DNA of 58,213 bases, counting the filler, from Basidioascus undulatus (Eukaryota): assembly GCA_000826855.1 (NCBI GenBank). It is 4 parts of 4 records of this genome, joined end to end, with 100 filler letters (N's around TTAATTAATTAA, not from the genome) between each part and the next. Parts side by side here need not be neighbours in the genome. Positions count along the whole stretch, not along the records: positions 1 to 14,506 come from JTLS01000723.1; 3 more parts are not named here. One strand, written 5' to 3'. A program made the position numbers and the translations under genes. The notes under the pieces were generated by a model. It did not search any database. It was given only the letters and a program-made list of their open reading frames with translations, and was not told the DNA's origin. Of this stretch, positions 1-11,807 are shown in pieces. How positions within the stretch are numbered: the first letter of the stretch is position 1; each line of letters begins with the position of its first letter.

Positions 1-1474
1 GTCCTGGCTGGAGACGTGGACGAGGAGCTCGTCAGCTTGATGGTGGGGGACAAAAAAAAAAGGCAAGAAACGAACCTTTGCGCTCGGCCTCCTCGATCTG
101 CGCCTGCAGCGCGGCGTCCTTCAAGCTCGTGCGGCCCGTGCCGGTCCCGCCGACGGTATGGTCCATGACGAACTGGATCGTCTGGCTCTCGTCGAAGACG
201 TACTCGTAGTCGTCGACCACCTCCTCGCGGTCCATCGCGCCCGTGCGCACCGTCGCCTTCTCCGTCTGGTCGCGCTCCCACTGGTCAACGTCCGTGACGA
301 AGTTCTGATCCTCGTTCTTGCGCTCGTCGTAGCGCTGGTACAAGACCGCGTTCTTCTTCTTGCTGTCGAGCTTGCCCTGCTCGGTGATATAGTCCTCGGG
401 GAGCATGTACCCGTCGTAGCGATCGTCGATCTTGAGCCGCTCCTCCGCGAGGCGCAGCGCGGCCTTGCGCCGCTCGAGGTCCGCCTCCTCCGCCTTTGAC
501 AGGCGCATCCCGGCGAACATCGCCTCCTCGTCCGCGATTGACTTGCGCAGCAGCTCGAGCTGCTGCGCCTCGCGCTTCGCGAGATACTCCTGCCGAGAGC
601 GTTCGCGGAGCGAGGGCATCGCCTGGCTGCGCGCGAACGGGTCGTCGCCGAGCTGTCGACGGAGCAGCGCGTCCTTGTCCTTCGACCGGTCCTCCACGAG
701 CCGCTTCGTCTTGTCCTTGTCCTTCGCCTTCATCCGTTCCGCGAACTCGTCTCGCTCTCGCCGGTCCCGCTCCGCCGCCTCCTCAGCCGTCTCGACCGGC
801 GTAGGCGAACGTGAGCGCGAGCGCGAACGGCGTGGAGACGGGGACCGTCGCCGCTGGGGCGAAGGGGAGCGTTCCGCCCGTCTCCGCTTGCGCTCCTTCT
901 CCTCCTCGTCGCTCGCCCACGCGTCCCCCGCGTCCTCCCGCTTCCGCGAGCTCCGCTCCTTCTTCCGCTCCCCCTTATCCTTCTTGCGTTTCGCGGGAAG
1001 CACCTCCACGCCGGCGTCCGGCTCGTCGAGCAGGAGGCCGTACTTCGCTGTGTGCAGCGATGCGACCTCCTTGGCCGCCTTCTTCCGCTCGGACGCAGCG
1101 GACGAGGTAGCAGCTGCGGAGCGGGAAGCCTTATGTTTGCGGGGGACGGCGGAGTAAAGCTGGGTGGAGAAGGAGTGCACGTCGGCGTTGGAAGGGAAGC
1201 CGAGCGAGCCGAGCTTGGAGAAGAGTGCGTCGGCGGATTTGGCGGTGGAAGCTGGGAAGCACACAAGGGTTAGCTCACGAGAGTCCCAGCGGAATGGGAA
1301 TTGGGTGTGCGCACCGAGCTCCTTCGCATACGCAACCATGTTGCTATCCACCACACCCATGTGCTGCATGCAGCATCCCACGAGCCAGCTCGTCAGCCGC
1401 CAGCCCCGTCGAAAGCGGCTCGTGATCAAATAACGCACCTTCACGAACGCATCGCTGATCGCGCGGTCATCCAT
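1..1474 (-). CDS. PRP2: Pre-mRNA splicing DEAH-box helicase, Prp2/DHX16/Cdc28 type; N-terminal part only, runs off the window edge
   Basis: ATG at 1474 (MDDRAISDAFVK), GTGCGT donor at 1438. Translation has an RS-rich region plus the DHX16-like segments 'LRERSRQEYLAKREAQQLELL', 'YMLPEDYITEQGKLD' and 'DDYEYVFDESQTIQF'. Another intron lies near the left edge; the helicase core is outside the window. Confidence 0.85.
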
Positions 1475-1999
1475 CCTGATTTCAAGACGAGCGAGCGGGT
1501 CCAAGGAAGTCGCAGTGGCGGCAGAGCCTAGCTCGGCAAGGATGGCAGCTCGAGGACCGGGACGAGTCGGGGCGAAGAGCTGTCAGCCGGAAAGGATGAA
1601 CCTGGCTGTTGCGAGTACAAGACTCTGAGTGAGCACGAAGAGGAGCAAATGAAGATGGCGGCAGGTGCCAGACTCGAGGAGCACTTCGGCGGCGAGATGG
1701 CTCGGGAGTCTCCGTCCGCATGGCGTCCGCGGATGGGACAGCTGTCGCTTCATTTTCAAGCCAAATTCACCCAAGCAGAACAAAGAATGTAGACACTATT
1801 GTATATGAATATTCATTGTGCTTGTACGCAAGTGCACCGGGAGAAAAACTTGCTTCCCTGTGGAGTTGAGCGGACTCGAACCTGGGTTTTGAGCGCCAGC
1901 CAGCGTCGCTTGCCGCTTAAACTCGAAGCATCATCGTCCTCACTAGCTTACCTTGCTTACCCCTCTCAGCGTATGCGCTTCCCACCAATCTTCTTTGAT

Positions 2000-2944
2000 A
2001 TGGACACTCGGTCAGTTCCCGCAGAGATCTGGACGCGCATTTTCGGCTTTGCCACAGCTGACGACGAGCAGTACGATGACCCGAGCGTCGCGATGACCAC
2101 CAAGCTGGCTCTAGTCCAGGTCTCTAAGCACTTCAGTGTATGCAAACCCCTCCAATTAAATCATGAGTGGTCCCTCGTTTGCTGGGCTGGAATGACTCAC
2201 AAGTGCTCGACCAGAGACTCGCTCTGCCGCATCTGTGGCGTCTCGTGCGGGTCACATCTGCCGAGCACGCCTCATCGCCGAGCGGTTCCTACATCTCGAG
2301 CAACTCTCTCTTTTCGTTCATCGAGGAGATCCGCTCTCCCACCGCTCGATGATGACGAAAACACTGTCGCTTCGCTGGCTACGCTCAAAATCGATGCCGC
2401 GGACACTGAAGTCGAGCCACTCTGCTCAACTCTCGCACCTCAGCTTTCCTCGACTTGCAAACTTGACGCTCTGGCTACTGGACGACACTAATGAAGTCAA
2501 GATCGAAGCTATTTCCAAATTCATCCGCGCTCAAAGCCAACAACTCGTGACGCTTGAACTGAACATCGAGAGGAACGAAGCCTTCCGAGCGCTCCTCAGG
2601 ATGTCCCTCTCTCCAAACCCTCGTACGGCACGATGTCGCACCGGATCCTCAATCTATCGCCGCTTCCCGTTCCGTACCTCTTCAGCGCATCACCCTCGAC
2701 CTGACGGAAGTCTCGGGGCGCGATCACACACTTCCTCGATTCCCTGATATCGTTGAACGTGCGCATCGCCGATACATTAGGCCTCCGCACGCGCATAGGC
2801 ACGCCCTTCTCTTGGCGCTGTCCGGAACATGGAGAACGTTTTGGGCTCTTGTTTCCGCTCGCGGTGAAGCTTGCTGCAAAGGGCTTTCCGGTTCTCGACT
2901 CGGATGGGCGGGCACTCTGCACAGTCCAGGGTTGGGCGGCATGA
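2000..2944 (+). pseudogene. F-box/LRR-like protein, frameshifted
   Basis: F-box-like start 'MDTRSVPAEIWTRIFGFAT...TKLALVQVSKHF', intron, 'RLALPHLWRLVRV'. LRR-like 'LSFPRLANLTL' is in another frame; the C-terminus is 'KLAAKGFPVLDSDG'. Joining the pieces needs frameshifts that have no obvious splice sites. Confidence 0.65.
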
Positions 2945-3931
2945 ATGCGTTGGTGTTGGGAGCGGAAATTGAACCGCTCTATGCATAAACCTTCGAAAAC
3001 TTTGTCTGTGCGCGTGTTTGCCTGCCAGGTCGATCCTCGAGACCCACACTGCATCTCCGAAAATTTTTGCCGCATTCCTGTGCATCAGTCCTGGTTTGCT
3101 TCAGAGCGGCCCCAAAAAGGTATGGATACATGCAGTGCTGGACTCTTGCAACGCTTCTATAGCATGCTCGTTGCCGTGCTTTTTCATCACGATCCAACAC
3201 CCAACAGTGCAAGGATTGTTAAGCAAGCATCTTCCGGGAACGATAACATACCCTACAACATATACAATCAACTTGGGTGCCCATGGTCTGGCATAAACCC
3301 GCATCCTTGCCTTACACCGCGAGCCTGCCCGGGCCTTCAGCGACATTCTGCAAGACGTGTTCCCCATCCCTGCCAACAGCCGCAAAGACTCACTGTATCC
3401 TTATGCTGTTGGCCGCTCGGAATAGAGATACTGTAGACCTCCAAAATTGGGAAAAGTCGACATGACCTGAGTTGTGTTCCAAGGGCCGGGGTTGGGCATT
3501 GCCACGAGGAAGCTGGAAGAGCAGCTCAGCCTGGTGACATCGAGTATCCAAACAGTAATTCGCAGTGAGTGTGTGGAAATAATCCATGAGAGGTTCATTC
3601 AAATCCAAGTTCCTGCTCTCCAGGTGGTGGGACTGCATGTCAGTCCTTCCATTCTCGGGGATCGGACTGATAGACTTTGGGTATGCTTTGGTATGGTTGT
3701 CCGAAACCCTCAAGTCGAGCGTCAATAAGAACTTAGACAATGTTGTCCTGCCTAATGCATCTCGATGGATCAGCTGCCTCTGTTTCCCGTGCATCGTTCG
3801 TGCGATCCGCACGCGAACGTTTCGTAGCTGGAGTCACTCTTTCGGCCTCAGGGCTCCACACTCGACCGGAAGACTCTTTACTCTCCCCCTTTTCCAACTT
3901 TCTACTAACCACCCATCTCATCATCCCGGCC

Positions 3932-5312
3932 ATGTCCAACTCGCCATCAAACGAGTCACCCGCGACGCCACGAACCACCTGTACCCTTGGTGGCCGTGCG
4001 GAGTACCATCACTACATTCCGCGCTTCATCCTCCTGTCTTTCATCGATCAACCAGCGATCTCTCTTAGAACTCCTGGCTGGGGACCGGTAGAGGTATCTC
4101 CAGACGACGAGAAGCTCCTTCACAGGCTTACGAAAAACGACAATCGCCGCCGCGACCGACAGCCTTCGCTCCACACCTACTCCCTGCTGAACGGCACTGT
4201 CTTTCAAGCCCGCGTCGGGAACATCTACGGAATGCCAGACATGTACACCATCTTCGGTAGCTCAAACTCGCCGAGGGAGGTGGAGGACGCGTTCGGCAAG
4301 ATCGAGAGCTCCGTCTCCGAAATCATTCGCACGATATGTGAGGTCGACCGCACAGACATCACTCTCCTTCGAAGCGATCTCGGTCAGCTGCGCAAGTTTC
4401 TCTGGATTATGCAGTATAGGAAAGCGGGCCGTCGGAAGCAATACTTGAACGGGACCTTCGATCGCGACACGTCTTCGCTCCTTGATAAGCATCGTAATAG
4501 ACTGGGGTTGCATTCTTTCATCGACATCTGGCTGCACGATATCCATGAGGTGCTTCGGACCGAATACACTGAAGTACGGAACAACGAAAATATCGAGTTC
4601 CTCGTGAGGTGAGCCTCTTTCAACCCTGAAAACCCAAGGCTACTCAATGGCTATTGCGATCTCAATCTGACTCTTGCTCTACAGGGACGAGTTCGTCCAG
4701 GCCGAAGACCACTTCTTCTTGGCCATCTGGCGAGCCCCCGTTGGCCAGGAGTTCATCCTCACCGATCGGGGCTTCGGACTGTTCGAGGGTCCCCATCCTG
4801 GGTTCAACTATCACCGCTTCTTCATCTTGTCACCCACTCACGCGCTGGTCTTCTGCAACAACCTGTTCCGTGATCCCCTTCGATTGAAGAAGATGCACGA
4901 GTTGTTTCAGCCTTCTTTGTTTCTATGCCACACATCGACCATTCACTATCCACCGGTACGCTATATCTCTTCTCTATATATACAGTAAAGCAGCTGAATC
5001 TGGCGATGGGTTGGCAGGAGGCGCCTCTCACAGAGATCCAGGATGCTGAGGGAAACAGGTTCTTGTCCACCAACCAGTCTCCTTCGCTTCGTTTCCGGAT
5101 CGCCGATGTGTCGCCGCGGATTGTCGAGCTTGTCAACAGCGTCATGCTAGGCATCATCCGTCTCCTATCGCTCAGAGTCGAATATGCTTCGTGCACTCAT
5201 TCGCTACCGGCAACATCGCGACTACGCCGATCAGCGTGATCCGCAAAGGGACTACATGGCCTTCGAGCGGCAGTTAAGGGCCAGGCTTGCCAGGACCCAT
5301 GATGCCGTGTGA
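3932..5312 (+). CDS. DUF4238-family protein (possible frameshift near 5148)
   Basis: N-terminal 'EYHHYIPRFILLSF' motif, 'LRKFLWIMQYR', and after intron 4609-4684 'FLAIWRAPVGQEFILTDRGFG...FILSPTHALV'. The better-looking C-terminus ('SYRSESNMLRALIRY...LARTHDAV*') is in a shifted frame ending at 5312. Confidence 0.75.
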
Positions 5313-5928
5313 GGTGGGGAAGGGTTGAAATTGAGGGCGGCATGCATCCTGGGCAATGGGGCTTTTCGCCTGTCTCTTATAAGCGGCGTATGTTTTGGGG
5401 AGTTGTGACTGCAGACTGAGCCGTTGTGATGATCTATATACGCTCATTATGACCTCTGCAGCGCCTGGGCATATGCAAGGAATGGCAACCGGGCTCTCTC
5501 GGATTGCACTGGGAAGAAGCAAGGATGTTGGGAGCAATGTGTTTTTGAAAGCCGTACGCTTTCACTGTCTTTGACTGCAGGATGATTATCACCTAAGACG
5601 GAGATGCGTCCTGACGCCAAAACAGCCCTACGCTGTTCTCCTTTCCGCATTGAGAGATACGAGCGCCTGAGCATGGCCGACTTTCATGAGCGTTTCGCGG
5701 GCCGTCGGCGATGAGAACTCGAAGGACGCTGGGAGCCGGTGGTGCTCAGCCTCATTGTCCGCAATAAACGTCTTCCTCCCACAGCTTCCCTAAACGCTGC
5801 ACGATGCCTAGCCCATCTTCCCATTAGCTTCCCACGAACCGCACCTCCACCGCACCAACCAGCCATCGAAATTGGTTCAGATATGCCCCCTCCTCCTGGC
5901 GCAGCCCCTCCCCTACCCGTCCGCTGTA

Positions 5929-7551
5929 CTATACAGGCGGCGCGTTCCGTACGAGCATCCGGACGTTGTTGACAAACACGCGGAGGAGCTCGTCATCTGT
6001 TTTCCAACCACCCGCTTCCATATCAGTCTGGGCGCTCAGATGTTGCAACTCGACGGGACGCAAGAGGACGAGGACGAAGCACAGATGGTCCATGGATAAA
6101 GAATGTAAAGGGATGGGGAGAAGAGACGGGAGGAGAGGGGAGAGGGGAATGGGAGGGAGAAAGGACGCACAGCGGTTCGGCTTCCCCTGCTCCTTCCGCG
6201 CACCCTGGTCGAGGAGGTACGCCGGTCGGCGGAACTCGAGCTCAAGCTCGTGCAGGGGCTGCTGCGTTCCGCGTTCCAAATATTGGGTTGGGGTTGGTGG
6301 GAATGTCAGCAAGAAGAGAACGAAGAAGGAAGCGGGAGAAGGGGAGGAAACGCACGCCCTGCTCGCGCGGCCCGCCCGAGACCTGAGTCAGGTCGATCTG
6401 CATCTCCTCCTGCGTGTAGCTGAGGCGGTCTTTTTGCCGCACGAAGACGGGCTGGCCTTCGGGTGGGGCGGGGTCTGCGTTCCCCCTCTCCTATCAGTCA
6501 CAGCCCTCGCTCATAGAAGGATGAAAGGGGGGGGGGAGACAGGGAGGAAGGTTGACGCACGGGGAATCTCGACATTAACGCTCAACCGCCAGTCAAACAG
6601 CTGCTTGGGATTATACACATTCAGATCCGCGATTCGGACCTTCTCCACAACGGCCTTAACGGGCGCCTCGGGCGGGGCGCCCTGATCGCGCGTCACGCGG
6701 ATTTTCCCCTCCGCGCGCCCCGGGCCTGTCGGTCGCCCAGACGGATGGAAAGAGTCCACCTCGCGGTGGTGCTTGTATGTTATTCGCGCCTGAGGAGGCA
6801 GGGCGCGCGATTCCGTGCACCGGAAGTTGAGGATCTGGTTGTAGTGCTTGTGCTGGCCCTGGAGGTGAGGGGAGGTGAGGTGAGAGGGTGATGAGAGGGA
6901 AGGAGGAAGGGAGAAAGGAGAGAGGCGGAACGGACCATGTCCATATTGGATTCGAAGCGGATTCCGTCGGAGGCGGTCAGGACTGCGGGGAGGGGTGAGT
7001 GAGAGGCACGGAAGGGGGGAAGGGCAGGTGGACGCACTTGTTTCAGACGCGACAGGAAGGAAGAATCGTTTCCGGCCTGGCAGTCGCGTGTCGATGAGCG
7101 TGCCTATCTTCGCCTCAATCTACACCGCCACCGACCCACCTCACCCGCCCGTCAGCTTCCCTCTCTCCCTCTCTCCCCTCCCCGCCAGACCATAACTTAC
7201 CTCGACGTTCTCCCTCCCCTTACTCCACGCATAAATCCAGTCCCCCACCTCCTTAACGAACGCGTCCAGCGGCTCGAGCCCGAAGATGCTCGGCTGCCAC
7301 AGGATGTGCTGCTGCTGTTGCGGCGGTGGGGGGTTGCGGGGCACGACGGCAGCAGCGGAGGGGGCGTCGTCTTCCTCTGTGCGTGGTCGCTTGCGCGACC
7401 GTTCCGCCGATGCAGGTGCAGGTTCGGACTCAGACTCGGGCTCGGTCTCGGCGCGGCGGGAGGGGAGAAAGTCGTCCTCGTCCTCGTCCTCGTCAAAATC
7501 GTCGTCGGAATACGGGTCCAGCGCGGGCGCGGGGGTGGCGGATTTGGACAT
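5929..7551 (-). CDS. CET1: mRNA 5'-triphosphatase (capping enzyme beta subunit, CYTH/TTM fold), multi-exon
   Basis: Spliced translation gives motif A 'VE/IEAKIG', 'RFESNM', 'KIRVTRD', 'KVRIADLNVYNP..FDWRLSVNVE', 'RQKDRLSY...IDLTQV', motif C 'HELELEF' and 'FVNNVRMLVRN*'. Acidic N-terminus. Confidence 0.92.
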
Positions 7552-8779
7552 GGGGTGGTCTGGAGAGAGAAGGGGAATGGAAGGAATAGTTCCTGGGAGG
7601 AGGATGAGGAGGAGGAGCAAGCAGCAAGATGTAGAAGGGTAATGAGAGGGAAGCGAGCAGAGCCTGGACGCGAACGACGCGAGGCAGGACGCGAGGCGCT
7701 CATTTTTAGTTTATGACACGACTGCCGCAGGTCCGCCCGCCGGGACTCCAATAACAAGGTCCAATCGACCTCAAATGTTAGTGATAGGGTATGAAATTAT
7801 GATGGATCTTACGCTTGGGCTGGTATCCATGTGCTCTAACCTGCCTGACCGGACGTAAGAAAGTTGCGACTATCACGGTGCGAGTGGTCGCGAACGACTA
7901 CATTTTGAAAATGACACCGTGCTTTCTATTTAACCATGAAGAAGGCCAAGGAGAACGAGTTAATTGGTAATCAGTCTCCCATAGAATACCCCAGGGCGAC
8001 ATGGTGGCGTGGCCTGCGGGTCAACGGCCGTACGCCAGTGCATCGCAGAAGACTCTCAACACGAACGCTTCTCATCCACGTGTGTGCAGGCCGGTGGGTC
8101 TCATCGCTCTGTTGAAAAGTGGAACGGCTCTTCATCCGCACATGTAGACAAGCGACGTCCAGCTCATGCCTTTACAGCCCGGCAGCTCCACAAGAGCGGC
8201 TGCAGCCTGGTTTCAACTATGCCGACTCTGCATGAGTGCATCTTGCCCCATAGAGCAGACCATATTATCACGCCAGTCCATTTTTCCCAGTGTAGCGAGT
8301 AAAGCTGGTTGTCCATCCTTTCTCACAGGCGGAGACAGCGGACCTTCGCGCCTTCTTGCGATACGGTGTGTCACGATGCCGCTGTAGCAGAGAGGGGCAC
8401 GCGCATTTGAATATACACCCTTGGATCATCAAGTCTTTAGAAGGGCTATACTGGTAGACCAGGACCTTGTGGCCAGTGACAGTAAATTGCATTGTATTAC
8501 ATTAAGTTTCACACGGCTAAAGCTGCCGTACCTTTGTCGGCACTCAACGCTCGTACCGTACGCCTGGTAGCCCTAATTAAGCTGGTCTGCTTTTTGGGAA
8601 CATATGTAAAAATGTTTTTCCGCCGGTATGGAGGCACTGGTCCACTCGCTGTACTGGTCCGGATCATACCTGCCCGACAGGCGTTGCAATGTTGCGACCC
8701 TCGAAATCTCAGTGTCTGACGTACACCCTTCTCGCCTTTAGACAACAGAGACACATATATTGAGGCGATTAAGGAAAAC

Positions 8780-9589
8780 TTAGGCTACAGCCACAGAGTC
8801 ATAGATGAAGACCAGCACACATGCGCAGGTTGTCGCGTGAGCCGTGCGCGGTGCGACCGCAGACTCAGACCGAGCGGGCCCGGTCAATCCGAGCGAGGCT
8901 TTCGGCCCTGCAACAGACGTCCTGATATGTAAGTTTTCCATACAGGGGAACAGTTTGAAACCAGAGTACGCACTCTTTGTCAGTGTACCGAATGACCTGG
9001 CCCACGCGCCGTCCTTGTGCTTCAGGACCTGGCTAACATCGCTAAGGTTGCGCTTGATGTCAGGCTGGCCGCCTTCGGAGCCAGCCCACGGAGACCGATC
9101 CATCCCTGGAAAATTCGCTCTAGGATTAGAATAGGCTGATTGGGTTGGATAAGCGAAAACAATAACGCACGTCCGGTGGTACATGTACCCTTTGAGGCTC
9201 GGGTTGTCGGCGTCCTGAATGGTGAAGTAAATGCTTCCTTTCTGTGCGAAAATTGTTAAAACCAGAGTGCTTCTCGGTCCACTTAAGCGAGTGCGTTCCA
9301 TGGCGCACCTTGTGGGGTCCGCCCGCTGCTGATCTCCACCCATTTCTTGAAGCCACTCACGTCCTTGATGACAGTGCGCAGGGTGTCGCCCAGCGGTCCT
9401 CGTTCTTGGCCACCGCGGGAGAGGCATTTATGCCTCCGGCCCCGCAGAACCCTGGTTCTCAAAAGAGCCAAGGCTGAGGGACCCAGCGCGCTCAACGAGT
9501 GCCTCAAACTTGAGGTTCAGCGCGTTGAAGTCGTCCCGGATGCTGCGGAGCACGTCCTCATTGAACGCGACCGTGTTGGAAAAAGACAT
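8780..9589 (-). pseudogene. Unassigned degenerate multi-exon gene
   Basis: Coding-like pieces 'MSFSNTVAFNEDVLRSIRDDFNALNLKFEALV', 'GDTLRTVIKDVSGFKKWVEI' and 'GSIYFTIQDADNPSLKGYMYHRT', separated by splice-like sites and a stop/frameshift. No family recognised. Confidence 0.3.
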
Positions 9590-10228
9590 TGCGAGGGTGA
9601 CAGAGACAGTGATATGAAGTGAAGTACTTTGGGAGTCTGGGTGAACTTGGGAGCGAATACGAGGACAAGGCAAGAGGAGCGCCCACTTCTGCCGTCCGCT
9701 TTTCCACAGCGGAATGGGACTGCAATCCACAACGGAACAGGGAGTAGTAGTGACCAGCCCGCTTTCATACATGCATATGCCATATGAGCCATAAAAGGTA
9801 CAGAACGACGATCTTCCAGCAGGGGCCGCCTACACCCGACACGCATCACCCTGCGTGTCGAAAGTGGCAGTGTCGATGGGTAAATGGACTAGTTGGAAGC
9901 AGCACGCAGATGGCCCTGGTGGCAGACACAGCACGGAAACCGACTATGATGCATGCCAGGAATTGGATTTTGCGTAGCCCCTGCTACCGGGTATTCAAAC
10001 GGAGTCGGAACTTATCTTTTCGTATCCTAAAGGGATCAGAAGGCGCTTACCTGTCAACCATTTAGCAATCAAACCTTCGAGGGAAGAAAAGGCCGTCAAC
10101 AACCACTCTTGCGGATATTGCCCAACACACGACTTTTGACATGCCATACACAGGCCTTCACTCAGAATGAAATATATATTTCTTCACCCAAAAAGAATCC
10201 CGGCCCGCCTGCTCGACGCTCACAAAAG

Positions 10229-11395
10229 CTACATCAACATGTCCTGCACGCGCACTCCACCCTCGAAGCGCAACACGATCCCCGCCTCCCGGAGCTCCTT
10301 CTCCTTCGCGATCAACCAGTCAAGTTGAGCCGGTTTCCAAAGGCTTAGATTGGTCGAGTAAGATCTCCGGAGAACAACCGATTGCAACCTAGGCAAACGG
10401 TCACGTGAGCAGAATGGAGTCAAAGTCACGTCCACCGGGCCATTCGGGTGTCTCGTCGCCTCTGTCCATGTCCAGAGCAGGGTCAAACCCGGCCGAAAAT
10501 GAAAACGTCCTCAGAGTGGGATAAGCAAATGAAGTGTGGGGAACGAGTCGAAGATATAATTGTCCCAAGTGATCCGGAGGTTTCGAACAACGTCAACGTC
10601 GGCCTCATCATGCTCGTTCGGGGTCGTAAAGTGAAGATCGGTCAACCGGGCCCCGACTGCGGAGAGGACCTTGTCGAGGGATGTGCTGAACTTGGCAAAG
10701 TAGAGGTCAAGGTGAAGCTTTTTGAGCGCGAGGAAGTCGGAGTACATGAGAATGTGAAGGGGGGGGCTCGGCATTCCCGTACACCTTGACGTGCAGTTCC
10801 GCAAGCTCTGACAGGCTCAAAGACCTTGCCTGCTTGTCATACTCATGCCCAAGACTGTGCCAGTGAATGCTGAGCTGGAGCGCCTCGATATTGTCGAAAC
10901 CGGCGACTAGCTAAAAGAGCAAGCCAGGCCTGAGGGCGGTATAGGCCTGTGGGAGTGGTGAGGATCGAGCCGGCCCCGCGAGCGAAGAGGGAAAAGGAAG
11001 TAAAGTCGGAATCCGAGACCAGATATGGCTCATTGTTCAAGCTCAAGAGACTCGAGGTTTTCGCAGAGACTATCAGCATCCAGAGAGTTTCGTGAAGGTC
11101 GTCGCATATGCTGATATCGATCGACCAGGAGGCGCTTGAACTGGTCGAGCGACTGCAGCGAAATGTCGCGGTAGACAAGCGGCGTCACGAGGGCCTGATC
11201 ATGACGGCCAGCCCCGAGTCGCCATTGTCAGTCTCAAAGCCGGCAGAGCACATTCCCCAGGTGAGCACTCCTTGCAGACTAGGAGGGCCAGCTTTGTCTG
11301 GTTCGCCACGCGGGCTTCGGAGTTGCTCGTAGGCGCGGGCTTCGGAGTTGCTCGTGGGCGCGGCGGTTGTGAACGAGAAGAGCGGAGCAGGACAT
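10229..11395 (-). pseudogene. F-box/LRR-like protein, disrupted
   Basis: 'NQTKLALLVCKE', intron, 'ALVTPLVYRDISLQSLDQFKRLL', LRR-like 'FLALKKLHLDL' and 'RLPRLQSVVL', C-terminus 'EKELREAGIVLRFEGG'. Contains stops, frameshifts and a 25-bp tandem duplication. Confidence 0.65.
11309..11363. repeat. 25-bp tandem duplication
   Basis: cgcgggcttcggagttgctcgtagg / cgcgggcttcggagttgctcgtggg / cgcgg. Confidence 0.9.
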
Positions 11396-11807
11396 CTGAA
11401 TGAGAGTGTGAATTGCGGTCATGGCTGGTAAGAAGGCGGTGTTTGAAGTAAGTCGACGCGGAACTGCGGGTGATGGTGGTCAGGAGAAAGGCCTGGTCAG
11501 ACGCGCCCGGCCAGGAGAAACGAGCGGAGCCGACGAAGAAGCCTCCGAAAAGAAAACACAATCAAATGCACGCTCCAGCCTCAGCGCACACACGCTTCGG
11601 GCGTCCACATTTCAACAATAAAGACAGATGTAGGTACCAAGCCCACCTTCAACGCCAGGGCCAATCGCCAATTCTGCTATGCTTGACAGTCCAGAGATGG
11701 CCAAATAGCAGTGGTCGGCGCAGCTAACGCTTTGCGCGGTCATATATTCCAGTGATAGAGCCTTCAACCCTCTCACGACAACCAGAAATAATACAAGAAA
11801 CCTCCTC

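Noticed and set aside
158..1157. Long antisense and alternative-frame ORFs over PRP2 (likewise over NDC80, ATP2 and SEC7)
   Set aside because: Shadow ORFs caused by high GC3 codon bias; no independent motifs.
5997..6170. 174-nt stop-free, in-frame intron in CET1 as an alternative exon or snoRNA host
   Set aside because: Read-through introns are common at this GC content, retention would interrupt the conserved C-terminus, and there is no C box.
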